From a virus, in the IMG/VR virus record IMGVR_UViG_3300025400_000011, positions 32,001-96,000 of that record: a stretch of 64,000 nucleotides of DNA. One strand, 5' to 3'. The position numbers and the translations under genes are program-made. The notes below the pieces were generated by a model. That model searched no databases. It saw nothing but the letters and a program-made list of their open reading frames with translations, and had not been told where the DNA came from. This document shows positions 29,225 through 40,088 of this stretch, piece after piece; the first letter of the stretch is position 1, and each line of letters starts with the position of its first letter.

Positions 29225-32200
29225 ATGGCGATTGTTAGTACCTACCCAGTTAGCTTAACCTACAAATACGGAGTTAATGTAGGTACTCCAAACTCTTCAT
29301 ATACAACAAATGACGGAGTTACATTCGCGTTTAATCCGTTACTATCTGGAGCTAAAGATGTTACTTTAAATCAAAGTACGGTAAGTGTATTAACAAATAA
29401 CTTTGCACTTTCGGATTGTTTAAGTTCTGAACCTTATTTAAGTAATTTACAATATACAACTCAATCAGTTTTAAGCATTGGTAGTTATTACTTGTCTGCT
29501 TCTACAGCTGTTAATAGTAAAATACAGTTTATCACTGATTCTACTAAAGCTACCTTATTTACATTAAACTTTAATACAGTACTTAATACTGTTTCTTTCT
29601 CTTATTCGAACTTGTTTGTTACCTGGGTTGATGGTGATAGCTATATTAGAATGGCAGCACCGGTTAATGACAACTCTCAGTACTTTACATATAACCTATA
29701 CAAAAATAATATAAGCCTGTTTGTTGATGCACCAGGAGACTCTAGAGACGGTTATGTCTTATGTAATGTAGATAGCACTTATTTAGAAGTAGCCGTATTT
29801 GCTGGTTTTAACAATACTATCAATGTTTTTACAATAAACCGTTTATCTGAACCGTCATACAAGTCTTTAGGTAACTCTAGTAACATAAAATATGTAAGTG
29901 CTCCCAATAGTATCAATGTAGCAGCAACTACATCTGCATTAAAGTATAACTATCTATTAACAGCACCTTATACTAATGTTGATCCTACCACTAATGAACT
30001 AGGATACAATATAACCCCTCTTAAAAACTATTATTCACCTCAGCACATACAGACTCCTGTATTAAGCGCACAATCTCGTTCATATAATAAGATTTTTACA
30101 GGTTTAAACACTGAAGATGGTTACGAAAAGATTTATTTGAGTTATTTAGGTAATGAAGTAGCTCAAACATTTTATAAAGATACAGACACCTATTTTCACT
30201 ACCCTGTCAGCGCTGTAAACATTGCTTTATCAGCGAGCACATTAGCTGCAGCAGGTGCTTATGCAAGTTCGTCACCTTGGCGTTCAGATCGTTTATTTGT
30301 AAAGCGTGCCGACTACAGAAAATACACCCCTTGGGGCAATGTTAACGGTTCTCCGCAAAATGGAGTGCTATTCTGTTCTTGGTTATGGTTATCTTCTGGT
30401 GCAGGTACTGCTACTACTCCAGTATGGGTAGATAGGTACTTTGATCCAACTAAAATCAGCACTACAGCGGTGTTAAACACAAATGGTGCTGGTCCAAGCA
30501 ATAATAACTATCCAGACGTCGTGTGGGACACTATTTCAACACAAGTACTAAGTGGTGAAAGTTTATATGTTTATCATAGAATAGGAAATAATGATAATCA
30601 GCTAGTGGTAGACACACTATCTAGTAACTTAACACATTATATACAAGAATGGGCTAACCCGCTTGTCAATGCAGCTACAGGTCTGAGTGCAGGGTATGTA
30701 AACAACTTTTCTGCAAGTGCTTCTGTAACAACTTATCAAAACACAAGAGAACCTGCACTTAATACAGGTACAAGTTTTGCGGTAATGAGCATGGACAATA
30801 ATGACTTTTATTCTCCAGGCATTACATTAGCGTTCCAGGCTTACAATAATGATTGGGCTGCTATAAGAGGGGATCAGATAGTAGGTAACTATTATAATGG
30901 TGGTATTGGGTTCTTTAAGTATAACCCACTATTAACTCCTTTTGTAACTATATTAGGTAATAACTTACAGACATATAATACTAATATTGTTAGTTTAGCA
31001 AATACTTCCACTGCACCAGCAAGTGGTAATAACTTTGCATTAAAGAGTAGCTACGATGAGAGCTATTTTATAGTAGATGTATACTTTAATGTATATGAGT
31101 ACGATCAGGACGGTGTAAAACTCAATCAATACAACTTAAATGATGGTGGTGCTACAGTTAGCGGGGTTCTATTAGGTGCTCACTTAGTAAACTTTAGTAG
31201 TGTACGCCGTATAATGGTATTTACAAAGATCGGTACCGCAGTACACTGGTACATGTTTGATACTATTAATAATGCTTTATTGCTTTATCAAGGCAGTCAA
31301 GCTGGTGTTAATAACTATGCTTTAGATATAGAATGTAATCCTTATTTCTATACCGGTACAGGTAATAGTACTGTTGATAATAATGACATTATATTCCATT
31401 TACAAAACGACGTACTTGTAAAGGGTCTCAACACAAGCTCTCCACAATATATACTTTCTGCTTATAAAGCTGAGTATATTGCATGTGACCATGAAAATAA
31501 TATTTGGTTATTATATGCTGATAACAACTTATGTAAGTTAGATAACTATGGTAGACTACTATGGGATATTAGTTTAACAAACAGTCAAGCATTTACCGAT
31601 GATAAGGGTAATCTAAGAAACTCTAAACGTATTATTAACTTTACAGCCGAGCTTGACTCAAATAGTAATAAAATGCTTTACTACGGATTAGTAATCGACG
31701 GCAGAACACAGAGTGTTATTAAAGTAGAGCCATTAAGCGGTGGTATTGTAATAAACAATCAACTAACACCTGCTACATATTACAGTTTAAGTTCATCTCC
31801 ATTAAACATACAACCAGCAGGAGATTGTACTGGTTATGATTACCAGCGCAAGTATGTTTACGATGCTGAAAATACTCCAAACATTGTAAGAGTAAAAGCT
31901 TTCATTAAAAACATATCAACTCTTGAAGCCCTTGATGTTATTACACTAGATTATGATGTATCTAATCTAACGCCTGGTTGGCACCATTTTGCAGTTACTA
32001 TTACTCCTGGAGACGAGATGAGAATGTATGTAGATGGTAGTTATGTAAACCGTGCACAGTTAGTTACACCTCAGTTCGGTATATACAGAGTTTATAACAA
32101 TAGAAATAACTCAGATTTAGTTATTGGTACTTCTAGCTTTAAATCTCAAACGTTATATCAATATACCAATCAAAATGTAGATCCTTATAGTTTTAACGGT

Positions 32201-32518
32201 AGTATAGCAGATGTACGCTTCTATGATACTGCTTTATACATATCTGATATTAAAGCTATACAAAAGAGGTTCTTTACTAATAGCTTCTCTGATCTTACTT
32301 GGTCTGCCCCAGCTGGTCAACGTTATTATATTGAACAAGTAGAACGTTTCTTCCCACATCGTTTACCTGGTGCTAAATCTCATAAGTTTAACATTAAAAT
32401 TAAGAACTCCAACATTATTGATCCAGGTATCAGAAGTATTATAGAGCAAAATATAATCGCAGCTCTAAGTAAAACGACACCTGTTTACACCGAACTTAAT
32501 AAGATAATCTGGCAATAA
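29225..32518 (+). CDS. Virion protein with C-terminal LamG/concanavalin-A-like domain
   Basis: GWHHFAVT...MYVDG...LVIG...FNGSIADVRFYDTAL; propeller-like segments in the middle. Confidence 0.72.
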   Translation: MAIVSTYPVSLTYKYGVNVGTPNSSYTTNDGVTFAFNPLLSGAKDVTLNQSTVSVLTNNFALSDCLSSEPYLSNLQYTTQSVLSIGSYYLSASTAVNSKIQFITDSTKATLFTLNFNTVLNTVSFSYSNLFVTWVDGDSYIRMAAPVNDNSQYFTYNLYKNNISLFVDAPGDSRDGYVLCNVDSTYLEVAVFAGFNNTINVFTINRLSEPSYKSLGNSSNIKYVSAPNSINVAATTSALKYNYLLTAPYTNVDPTTNELGYNITPLKNYYSPQHIQTPVLSAQSRSYNKIFTGLNTEDGYEKIYLSYLGNEVAQTFYKDTDTYFHYPVSAVNIALSASTLAAAGAYASSSPWRSDRLFVKRADYRKYTPWGNVNGSPQNGVLFCSWLWLSSGAGTATTPVWVDRYFDPTKISTTAVLNTNGAGPSNNNYPDVVWDTISTQVLSGESLYVYHRIGNNDNQLVVDTLSSNLTHYIQEWANPLVNAATGLSAGYVNNFSASASVTTYQNTREPALNTGTSFAVMSMDNNDFYSPGITLAFQAYNNDWAAIRGDQIVGNYYNGGIGFFKYNPLLTPFVTILGNNLQTYNTNIVSLANTSTAPASGNNFALKSSYDESYFIVDVYFNVYEYDQDGVKLNQYNLNDGGATVSGVLLGAHLVNFSSVRRIMVFTKIGTAVHWYMFDTINNALLLYQGSQAGVNNYALDIECNPYFYTGTGNSTVDNNDIIFHLQNDVLVKGLNTSSPQYILSAYKAEYIACDHENNIWLLYADNNLCKLDNYGRLLWDISLTNSQAFTDDKGNLRNSKRIINFTAELDSNSNKMLYYGLVIDGRTQSVIKVEPLSGGIVINNQLTPATYYSLSSSPLNIQPAGDCTGYDYQRKYVYDAENTPNIVRVKAFIKNISTLEALDVITLDYDVSNLTPGWHHFAVTITPGDEMRMYVDGSYVNRAQLVTPQFGIYRVYNNRNNSDLVIGTSSFKSQTLYQYTNQNVDPYSFNGSIADVRFYDTALYISDIKAIQKRFFTNSFSDLTWSAPAGQRYYIEQVERFFPHRLPGAKSHKFNIKIKNSNIIDPGIRSIIEQNIIAALSKTTPVYTELNKIIWQ

Positions 32519-32519
32519 T

Positions 32520-32777
32520 ATGACAACATTTCAAACTAATACATATTACGATTATAAGGATGCATATAATGATATTATTGCTCAAATAGCAGGTAGTGCT
32601 GCTTTAAACTCAGCACAGATTGCTGATTGTATTAAAGCTATACAAACTATTGCACCTTATCCAACACCTACTGGTTCAGTTAGCAACACTCCAGTTACTA
32701 ACCCTACCCCGACGCCGGTTACTCCGCCTCCAGTATATAACCCACAAACACCTTCTAATTTCGCAGCTCTACCATAA
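32520..32777 (+). CDS. Small Pro/Thr-rich hypothetical protein
   Basis: 85 aa ORF, translationally coupled on both sides. Confidence 0.6.
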   Translation: MTTFQTNTYYDYKDAYNDIIAQIAGSAALNSAQIADCIKAIQTIAPYPTPTGSVSNTPVTNPTPTPVTPPPVYNPQTPSNFAALP

Positions 32778-35700
32778 TGGCAACTACAGTAACCAATACC
32801 CCTGTTACTTTTAACTATACCGGACCAAACGGGTATATTAGTACGGTTACATATAGTTATATACCAAACGGCACTTCACAGATTTCATTATCTATTGATG
32901 AAAAAGCTGCACCTACCAATCCACCAACCACTGTAAAGCTTTCTCCGTCTAACTTACCTAACGGTCAGTTAACAGTCGCGTACAATCAAACCATTACTGC
33001 TACAGGCGGTACAGGGCCTTATACATTTGCAGTTAATAGCAGCAATCCTATTTCTACTGCAGATGGTAACAATATATATTTTGCTAATGTTGTTATAGGT
33101 CCTACAACCGCTGGTAAAGTAACTTCTAAAGCAGATTGGGGACCTAAGCACTCTGGTGGTTATTTTGCAGGAGATGTGGTATGGTTAGTAGCTACCCCTG
33201 CAGCTGGGCACACATTTAATAACTGGGTAGTAGTAAACAGTGATGGTACCACATTTAATGATGTAGATACAAGTATAGCTAATCAAATAAGCTTTTATAT
33301 GCCTCCAAACGGAGTTACTGTTATAGCTAACTTTGACTCGTCTAATATTTCTAGTCAGTATCTATTACCTAATGGTTGGACATTATCTCAAAGTGGTGTA
33401 CTAGCTGGTACACCTACTTCTACAGGTGCTTTTACATTTACAGTAGAAGCTACAGACAGTCTTGGTAATACTGGCAGTCAAACATATACCTTAACTGTAT
33501 TGCCTGCAGCTTTACCTGATTTTACTCAACCATCACCCCCAGCAGGCTTCCCTCCTACTCCTACTGCTGATACGAAGAGCTATAGGTATGTACGCGGTAT
33601 TTCTTACGTATCACCTGGTATTATTACACTAGACGGGGTACCTACTAACAATCAAACAGTAGGTTGCTGGATAACCAATACAGCTTCCCAACCTGTTGTA
33701 CTTAAAGTACAAGATATAAGTGTATTTTTAAATCGTGCGCCTCTTAGAAACATACCAGACGGTACAACAGTAACTCTATACGATCAATATGGTAATATTT
33801 TAGCTGATACAAGCGGTTACACATTAAAGAACATACAGACATTAACTTTATATTATAAGACAACTGCAACAGACCTTATTTGTACAGCTTTAGTCACTAC
33901 AAGTAATCAAGGTACAGCTTGGATACCAGTAACAACGTTAAGTGCTACTGGTACTGGCCGTATTATAGAGGGCTCTAATCATGCAGCTATATTTGGTCCA
34001 GATGTAGGTAATACTGGTAGCGGTTTATTTGCAGGTGGTAATGCAGATAACACATATATAAGAAGCGTTGATTTCCAAGATTTTATTCGAGTTAGCAACG
34101 GTGTAACTGGTTCATTAGTAGGTAATAATAACTTTACATATAGACTGTATGGTCAAGGCTTTAAAAACCCATACTACGGACCATTAATAACTAATACTGG
34201 TATTCCTACATACGGAGACGAAGTTGGTTTCGGTCAAATAGCTAATAGTACAGCAGGCACTCCTTTTGGTAGTAAAATATTAGACACGATTTTAGAGTTC
34301 ACTGTAGTAACACCTGCTTTAATACAAGACACTACACCTTTAAAGCTATATACACCTTACACATATGCTCAAACAGTGCAATCGGTTTGGTTTCAAACAG
34401 TTTCTGCTTATGCAGTTAATACTGGCGGTTATAGTGGTTATTCAGTTGATTGGGGTGATGGAATCGTAGACAACGTTAGTAACCCAAGTGTACCTGGTTC
34501 TGATGTATTCTTTGTACATTCTTATTCAACCCCAAGCAACACACCTTATAGTGTTAAAGTAAGTGCATACAATACAGGGGTACTTGCTAACTTTAACTCT
34601 GGTACTTTATTAGCTAGAGCTTCTCTACCTAATCAGTATTATGTACAAGATAATTTTCCTGAAATAAGTTTAGCAGACTATTCTAAGACTTTAGGTGGTA
34701 TTATACCTGTATTGCCTTATGCAAAGACTGACATTGAAGTCGGTTCCAATGAATGGGCAGTAGCCGATAATATTAATGCTGCTTTACAAAAAGTAGATGC
34801 TAACTTTCAGTATTTAAACACTATTTCAAGTACAATAAGAAGAACACCTTCATTTGAACTAGTACAATGGTTGTACGACTTAATACGGTACCCAACTTGG
34901 AATGATAACCTGTCAGGCTCTAATGCTTACTTTAACCTATCTTCTACATATAACTTTGGTGTAACACCTGGTACAATAGTAGACTTTAAATCTTATAAGT
35001 CAGCTTATATAGCACCAGATTATTATAACTACATAACATATTCCGCTGCAAGTACATATAGTTTTGTAGAAGTACGTAAAAACGATTTCAACAACACCAC
35101 TGTTTTAACTCTAAGTTCAGTTATACCTAACGGTAATAACATTAATATTATAACTACAGACGTTAGTGCTTCTAACCTTTATGTATTAGCTGCAAATACA
35201 GGCACTATTAGTCCTGTAACATTATACAGATTTAACTTAGACTATATTAATGGTGCTGCTAACATTATTAATCAAATCGGTGGTGAGCCAGGTGGTTTAA
35301 CTGATGCCTATAACTTCTCATCAGGTGAAACAATGAGAGATATACCTAGCGATATACATCTCTTTAATAACCGGGTATATGTGGGAGATAAAGGCAATAA
35401 CTGTGTTAAGGTTTACAACTCTGCTTTAACATATGTAGATACCATATATTCACAAGATTTAAGCGCTTATAATGTAGGGCCTTTCGATGTTGATCCTGCT
35501 ACTAACAACGTATTTTTATTAGGCACATTAAAAGCACCTAATACACCGGTTATTGTTAATGTACAGCTTTCTGCTCTAGATGATGCTACAACTACATATG
35601 CTATTACCTGGGATCATGATGGTAACAGACTAGCCAGTGTAAGAAGCGATACTACGGCTAACTTTTTAATATACGGGGAGGTAGATGGGGCTGGTGGTAA

Positions 35701-38032
35701 CTACTCTTATATAGATCAGGTATTAAACCCTTATCTATCTTCTGCTAACCCCACCCCACCACCTAACCTCACTCGTTATGCATTTAACTCAACCACCCCT
35801 TACATAAGGTTCACTGTACAGGCATTAGGTAGAGATCAGGGCTTTAACTCAGGTTATAGTTCGAGCACACCTACACCAAATAAAGACGTTTTCCCATCAC
35901 CTTACAAGGTTAACGTTTATAATACTTCAAGTACACTCTTAAGTTCATTAGCTGTTCCAGAAGTACCTGCAGATGCTAATGTACGCAAACTTTTAGTAGA
36001 AAACACTGGTGTATTTTTCTATATTGTAACAGATTCTTATATATACAAATATACCACAAACGGCTTGTTTGTAAACAGAGTAAACAACCCAAGCCTTGGT
36101 TCTAGTTTCTTAAATGAACCTATAGTAACAGCCTTTATTGATGATAGGAACTACTTCTATGTTGCTACAGCTACGAGAATATTTAAGTTTATTGATATCT
36201 CTGATACTGCTGACTTGTTTGACATTACAGTAGTACCAACCTATTACAACTTGTTGTCTTCTTATCAAATAGGTGAAAACGAGCTTATTCAAGATTGGGT
36301 TTATAATAAAGCTGTAAACAAAGTGCTTAAAAATCACGACATACTTGCAAAAAGTATAGCCGGAAAGTACGTTTATACTGTAGATACAAGTAATAACTTA
36401 GTATCATTTACTACTCGGGCACTTTCTAGTAAAGATGTTATTAACTCTTTAAGTGCTGATAATAGTTCTTATGTACATAGTAATGAAATAGTAAGTTCAG
36501 CTGTTGTTAATAGGGTTCTAGATAAGATTTATGACATACAAATAGCAATATTAAATGCTGTAACACCTGAAATAATAGTACAACCTTCTTATTATACAAA
36601 TAACGTATTAGGTAAAGTGTCGTTTGCTGAACAAAATGTGTTTACAGTTTGGCAGTACGTACAGCCACAACCTATCATTATAGAGCAACCAGCCTCTATT
36701 ACCAACTTAACACAAGGTCAGAGCGCAACCTTAACATTCAGTATTTCTTCTGTTGTTGCTAGCGCGGTAAACTATCAGTGGTACTATGAAGGTACTGTAA
36801 TACCTGGTGCTTCAGCAAGTACGTATGTACTGTCAGCTGCACAACTTACAGATGCAGGTGGTTACATTTGTGTAGGTAGTGATAATGTAGGTTCCTTATT
36901 AAGCAATAGCGCTACTGTTAATGTAGTGCTTGAAACGTTGTTCTATTATCTATCTGCTTGTACGGTTGGTAATCTATATAGTTCAATCTATGGCACTACA
37001 CCTACTCGTTATGGTAATGATTACACACTAGACTTTAATATATTAAATGCTGCATTATCGTCAAGTCTCGTTATTAAGTTAGAAGAATCTTACGGCTCCA
37101 CATTTGGTACTTTTGCTAACCCAATCTACATTACAGTAAAAGAGAATACAGTACCGATTTATTCAACAAGTACTGCAGCAGCTACAAGCATTACAGTGCC
37201 TCTCAGTGCGTATCTTGCAACAGATAGTAGTGGTATACAACCTGATGGTTACCCAGGCACATATACAGATAACTTTAGTATTACGTTAAATGTAGGAGCG
37301 GTAACTGCAGCAAACCCAAGTATACCTAAGATGACAGTAACTTGTTCTGATGGGGTGTTGTATAATGCTTCATTTACTAATGCTATAGGTGCAACAAGCG
37401 ATATGTCAACAAGCACATTAACAGTATCTGCTTTAAGTGGTACTATGACATATGCCGGTGTTACTAATAATAGTTTAGGTGGTTACATTAACACCAACCC
37501 TTATATTACTCATACTTGGAAGATTGACGGTACATCTAATGGTACTAATCCAGTGCTTTATAAAGCTCCTGCTACACCACATACCTATTCTACAATAACA
37601 GCAACTCGTACAACAACTCCTGGTGAAACCGAGGTTACATTAGCTTATAGAAGAGATATTCCTACGACACCAACCGCTCCTTATTATACTCTAGACACTC
37701 AATCTACTATTGAAGGGGTAGGTAATGGATACTTAATCGGTGGTGGTACATATCCTGCAGGTACATTAGTAACAGTGCGGGCAGTAACAACATATGCTCA
37801 CCCAGCCGGTGAGTTACCTCCAGGTCTAGGGCCTGATAGCAATAACGGTCCAATTATTATTTCCGGTGCTGGTATATGGGATGTAGACACATACGCTCAA
37901 GTACCTACTTCTGGTGGTGGTACTATTATTAACTTACAACTAGACCCAACCTCCCATTCAGTATCGGTTATGACAATCTATATAGACGGAGATAAGCAAA
38001 TAATAGGCGTCTTTAAAGCAGCAACTTCTTAA
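32777..38032 (+). CDS. Large multidomain virion protein (putative Ig, PKD-like, NHL-like and Ig-like domains)
   Basis: LPNG...AYNQTITATGGTGPYTF / LAGTPT..G.FTFTVEATD (putative Ig), VDWGDG (PKD-like), VYVGDKGNNCVKVY (NHL-like), YQWY...DAGGYIC (Ig). Confidence 0.75.
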   Translation: MATTVTNTPVTFNYTGPNGYISTVTYSYIPNGTSQISLSIDEKAAPTNPPTTVKLSPSNLPNGQLTVAYNQTITATGGTGPYTFAVNSSNPISTADGNNIYFANVVIGPTTAGKVTSKADWGPKHSGGYFAGDVVWLVATPAAGHTFNNWVVVNSDGTTFNDVDTSIANQISFYMPPNGVTVIANFDSSNISSQYLLPNGWTLSQSGVLAGTPTSTGAFTFTVEATDSLGNTGSQTYTLTVLPAALPDFTQPSPPAGFPPTPTADTKSYRYVRGISYVSPGIITLDGVPTNNQTVGCWITNTASQPVVLKVQDISVFLNRAPLRNIPDGTTVTLYDQYGNILADTSGYTLKNIQTLTLYYKTTATDLICTALVTTSNQGTAWIPVTTLSATGTGRIIEGSNHAAIFGPDVGNTGSGLFAGGNADNTYIRSVDFQDFIRVSNGVTGSLVGNNNFTYRLYGQGFKNPYYGPLITNTGIPTYGDEVGFGQIANSTAGTPFGSKILDTILEFTVVTPALIQDTTPLKLYTPYTYAQTVQSVWFQTVSAYAVNTGGYSGYSVDWGDGIVDNVSNPSVPGSDVFFVHSYSTPSNTPYSVKVSAYNTGVLANFNSGTLLARASLPNQYYVQDNFPEISLADYSKTLGGIIPVLPYAKTDIEVGSNEWAVADNINAALQKVDANFQYLNTISSTIRRTPSFELVQWLYDLIRYPTWNDNLSGSNAYFNLSSTYNFGVTPGTIVDFKSYKSAYIAPDYYNYITYSAASTYSFVEVRKNDFNNTTVLTLSSVIPNGNNINIITTDVSASNLYVLAANTGTISPVTLYRFNLDYINGAANIINQIGGEPGGLTDAYNFSSGETMRDIPSDIHLFNNRVYVGDKGNNCVKVYNSALTYVDTIYSQDLSAYNVGPFDVDPATNNVFLLGTLKAPNTPVIVNVQLSALDDATTTYAITWDHDGNRLASVRSDTTANFLIYGEVDGAGGNYSYIDQVLNPYLSSANPTPPPNLTRYAFNSTTPYIRFTVQALGRDQGFNSGYSSSTPTPNKDVFPSPYKVNVYNTSSTLLSSLAVPEVPADANVRKLLVENTGVFFYIVTDSYIYKYTTNGLFVNRVNNPSLGSSFLNEPIVTAFIDDRNYFYVATATRIFKFIDISDTADLFDITVVPTYYNLLSSYQIGENELIQDWVYNKAVNKVLKNHDILAKSIAGKYVYTVDTSNNLVSFTTRALSSKDVINSLSADNSSYVHSNEIVSSAVVNRVLDKIYDIQIAILNAVTPEIIVQPSYYTNNVLGKVSFAEQNVFTVWQYVQPQPIIIEQPASITNLTQGQSATLTFSISSVVASAVNYQWYYEGTVIPGASASTYVLSAAQLTDAGGYICVGSDNVGSLLSNSATVNVVLETLFYYLSACTVGNLYSSIYGTTPTRYGNDYTLDFNILNAALSSSLVIKLEESYGSTFGTFANPIYITVKENTVPIYSTSTAAATSITVPLSAYLATDSSGIQPDGYPGTYTDNFSITLNVGAVTAANPSIPKMTVTCSDGVLYNASFTNAIGATSDMSTSTLTVSALSGTMTYAGVTNNSLGGYINTNPYITHTWKIDGTSNGTNPVLYKAPATPHTYSTITATRTTTPGETEVTLAYRRDIPTTPTAPYYTLDTQSTIEGVGNGYLIGGGTYPAGTLVTVRAVTTYAHPAGELPPGLGPDSNNGPIIISGAGIWDVDTYAQVPTSGGGTIINLQLDPTSHSVSVMTIYIDGDKQIIGVFKAATS

Positions 38033-38248
38033 TTAACTAATAAAACCAGTCTTGTAATCAAACTTTACAAGATTGGTTGAAGCTTCTTTAATTTTAAAGA
38101 CAGTTTCGTTATTAGCTAGATTGCATTTCCAAAACACAGCCTTATGTGCTTCGTATTGATCCTTAGCTGTAACACTTATTTCTTTTAACGTTATTTCTTC
38201 AGTAGTGGTTTCATCAACCATGCCTAAGACGGCAATATATTTGTTCAT
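38033..38248 (-). CDS. Hypothetical protein
   Basis: 71 aa ORF converging on the end of the structural operon. Confidence 0.6.
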   Translation of the reverse strand: MNKYIAVLGMVDETTTEEITLKEISVTAKDQYEAHKAVFWKCNLANNETVFKIKEASTNLVKFDYKTGFIS

Positions 38249-38356
38249 ATTTTAGTCATTAAATAGTGTTATCTTGGATTGTACAAATATTTATAATATT
38301 TCTTAATATATCTAGTAGAACTTTAGAAAAACTATGTTATACTGTTGGAGTAAATT

Positions 38357-38581
38357 ATGAACACCATATCAGAAAACGTTATCGTTAAGGACATCAATAC
38401 CCGCACCCTCGGAGACGAAAGTGTAGAGACTCGTATGAATGCCGTGACCCGTCGTTTCAATCCAACTAAGTACCACGTACTTGGATTCTTGAATCGTTCA
38501 AGTCAAGTCATTTTACAACCTCGTTTTTACAACGTTCGCGATTCAAAGGGACGTTGGGCAAAGATCCGTCAGTCACGATAA
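38357..38581 (+). CDS. Hypothetical basic protein
   Basis: ORF with upstream TATACT and downstream terminator; RDSKGRW motif. Confidence 0.7.
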   Translation: MNTISENVIVKDINTRTLGDESVETRMNAVTRRFNPTKYHVLGFLNRSSQVILQPRFYNVRDSKGRWAKIRQSR

Positions 38582-38592
38582 TCGATAACACC

Positions 38593-38633
38593 AAGGAGCC
38601 TACTATTGCGAATATATAGTAGGCTCCTTTTTT
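38593..38633 (+). terminator. Intrinsic terminator
   Basis: 14-bp perfect stem AAGGAGCCTACTAT/ATAGTAGGCTCCTT, 9-nt loop, T-run. Confidence 0.88.
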
Positions 38634-38640
38634 ATCCACT

Positions 38641-38886
38641 ATGACTGTTAATTTTCTTGATATTGCATTTGAGTGTAAGTTAGCATCTTTTCAACAAGAT
38701 GCGGTTAAAGCTTTATTATGTATTGAAAAGGATATAACAATAGACATTAAAACGGTTAAAATGTTTACACCTGATTTTCCACGTAGTTTTAGAGAGTGGT
38801 TACACATAAATAATCCTGATGCTATATTTTTTAGTGGACCTCCTAAAAAAGTATACGATAATACCGAATACAGAGATTTTATTTAA
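38641..38886 (+). CDS. Hypothetical protein
   Basis: 81 aa ORF. Confidence 0.6.
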   Translation: MTVNFLDIAFECKLASFQQDAVKALLCIEKDITIDIKTVKMFTPDFPRSFREWLHINNPDAIFFSGPPKKVYDNTEYRDFI

Positions 38887-38895
38887 TACAGAAAT

Positions 38896-39147
38896 ATGCA
38901 AATAACCATTATTGGTAATATTAACGAGTTTACTGCAAGCGAGCAGAAGACTCTTTACTCAGACGGTGCAGATATGACAACAGGTATGTATTATCTTGTT
39001 GCTGATGCAAAAGACTTCGTTACTCAAGGTAGAGAAGTAATACCTAACTTGCCAGCATTAAGGAGCTTAACAGCTTCGGCTAACATTAGTTGGATTATTA
39101 CTAACTACCGCGGTAATAGAGTAGCGTTTGGTTCAGCTTCAGCTTAA
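38896..39147 (+). CDS. Hypothetical protein
   Basis: 83 aa ORF. Confidence 0.6.
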   Translation: MQITIIGNINEFTASEQKTLYSDGADMTTGMYYLVADAKDFVTQGREVIPNLPALRSLTASANISWIITNYRGNRVAFGSASA

Positions 39148-39150
39148 AGC

Positions 39151-39178
39151 TTGCACTAGTCTAATAAAGTACCATAAT
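39151..39178 (+). promoter_or_regulatory. Sigma70-like promoter, probably leaderless
   Basis: TTGCAC-16nt-CATAAT, 7 nt before ATG 39186. Confidence 0.65.
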
Positions 39179-39185
39179 AGGTACT

Positions 39186-39479
39186 ATGAATAAAGCATTC
39201 TTACGTAGACAAGCCGCTTCTAAGTGGAAAGACTTACAATGCGGTATTTGGGAACGATGGGACTATCGTTGCTGTTATCTTGTCATACGTCAACTTGATA
39301 ACGGTAAGTTCAAACCTATGATCGGTGCTATGGGTGATTTGAGCATGCCCGGTGCAGATCTACCACCAGCTGGTTACCATCAACTTAATACATTAGAAGA
39401 AGCAAAAAACTTTTTACACAAATACGTTGCCTATATTCGGGAAGTATGGGATAAACAAGTATTAGACGGACGCAAATAA
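39186..39479 (+). CDS. Hypothetical protein
   Basis: 97 aa ORF with its own promoter. Confidence 0.65.
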   Translation: MNKAFLRRQAASKWKDLQCGIWERWDYRCCYLVIRQLDNGKFKPMIGAMGDLSMPGADLPPAGYHQLNTLEEAKNFLHKYVAYIREVWDKQVLDGRK

Positions 39480-39482
39480 ACT

Positions 39483-39935
39483 ATGCAAACATTCTTACCA
39501 TACGCTAACTTTCGAGAATCTGCTAAAAGTCTTGATATGAAAAGACTTGGCAAGCAGCGTGTTGAAGTATTACAACTACTTAACTCATTTCATAAGCTTG
39601 ATTATAAAGGCTGGAAAAACCATCCTTGCCGTGAAATGTGGCGCGGGCATGAGAATGCTTTAGCTTTATATGGCATGATTATATGTGAAGTATGGAAAGA
39701 ACGTGGTTATAAAGATACGTGTTACGATAAAATACGTGTTTACTACGATGAATCCAAAGATACAACGTTTCCTTGGTGGTTAGGTATGTTAGATGTACAT
39801 TTAACACATCAATCAATGCTAATAAAGAAATATCCAGATCATTATAAGCAAGAGTTTCCAGATGCACCAGAAGGATTAGAGTATATTTGGCCCTCGAGCA
39901 ATCCCAATACCTTTCAGACTTTAACTAGTAAATAA
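39483..39935 (+). CDS. Pyrimidine-dimer DNA glycosylase / endonuclease V-like protein (MSMEG_6728 family)
   Basis: MQTFLPY..F..SA..LD.KRLGKQRVE..Q.L...GW.NHP...MW.G.E.AL..YG...PWWLG...H..HQS.L..K.P.HY. Confidence 0.82.
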   Translation: MQTFLPYANFRESAKSLDMKRLGKQRVEVLQLLNSFHKLDYKGWKNHPCREMWRGHENALALYGMIICEVWKERGYKDTCYDKIRVYYDESKDTTFPWWLGMLDVHLTHQSMLIKKYPDHYKQEFPDAPEGLEYIWPSSNPNTFQTLTSK

Positions 39936-39941
39936 TAACGT

Positions 39942-40082
39942 ATGAAAACATTAATCATTATTCTCGTTCTCGCAGCAGCTGGCTTCTTAGCTTATAAGAA
40001 ATTCTTCGCTAAGAAATCCGCTTCATCAGTAGCTCCTGCAACACCAGCAGCTCCTGATCCAACAAATCAGCAACAACAATAA
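39942..40082 (+). CDS. 46-aa single-pass membrane protein (not in ORF track)
   Basis: MKTLIIILVLAAAGFLAYKKFFAKKSASSVAPATPAAPDPTNQQQQ; TM helix, basic stop-transfer residues, Pro/Ala tail; followed by a hairpin. Confidence 0.7.
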   Translation: MKTLIIILVLAAAGFLAYKKFFAKKSASSVAPATPAAPDPTNQQQQ

Positions 40083-40088
40083 TAAAAA

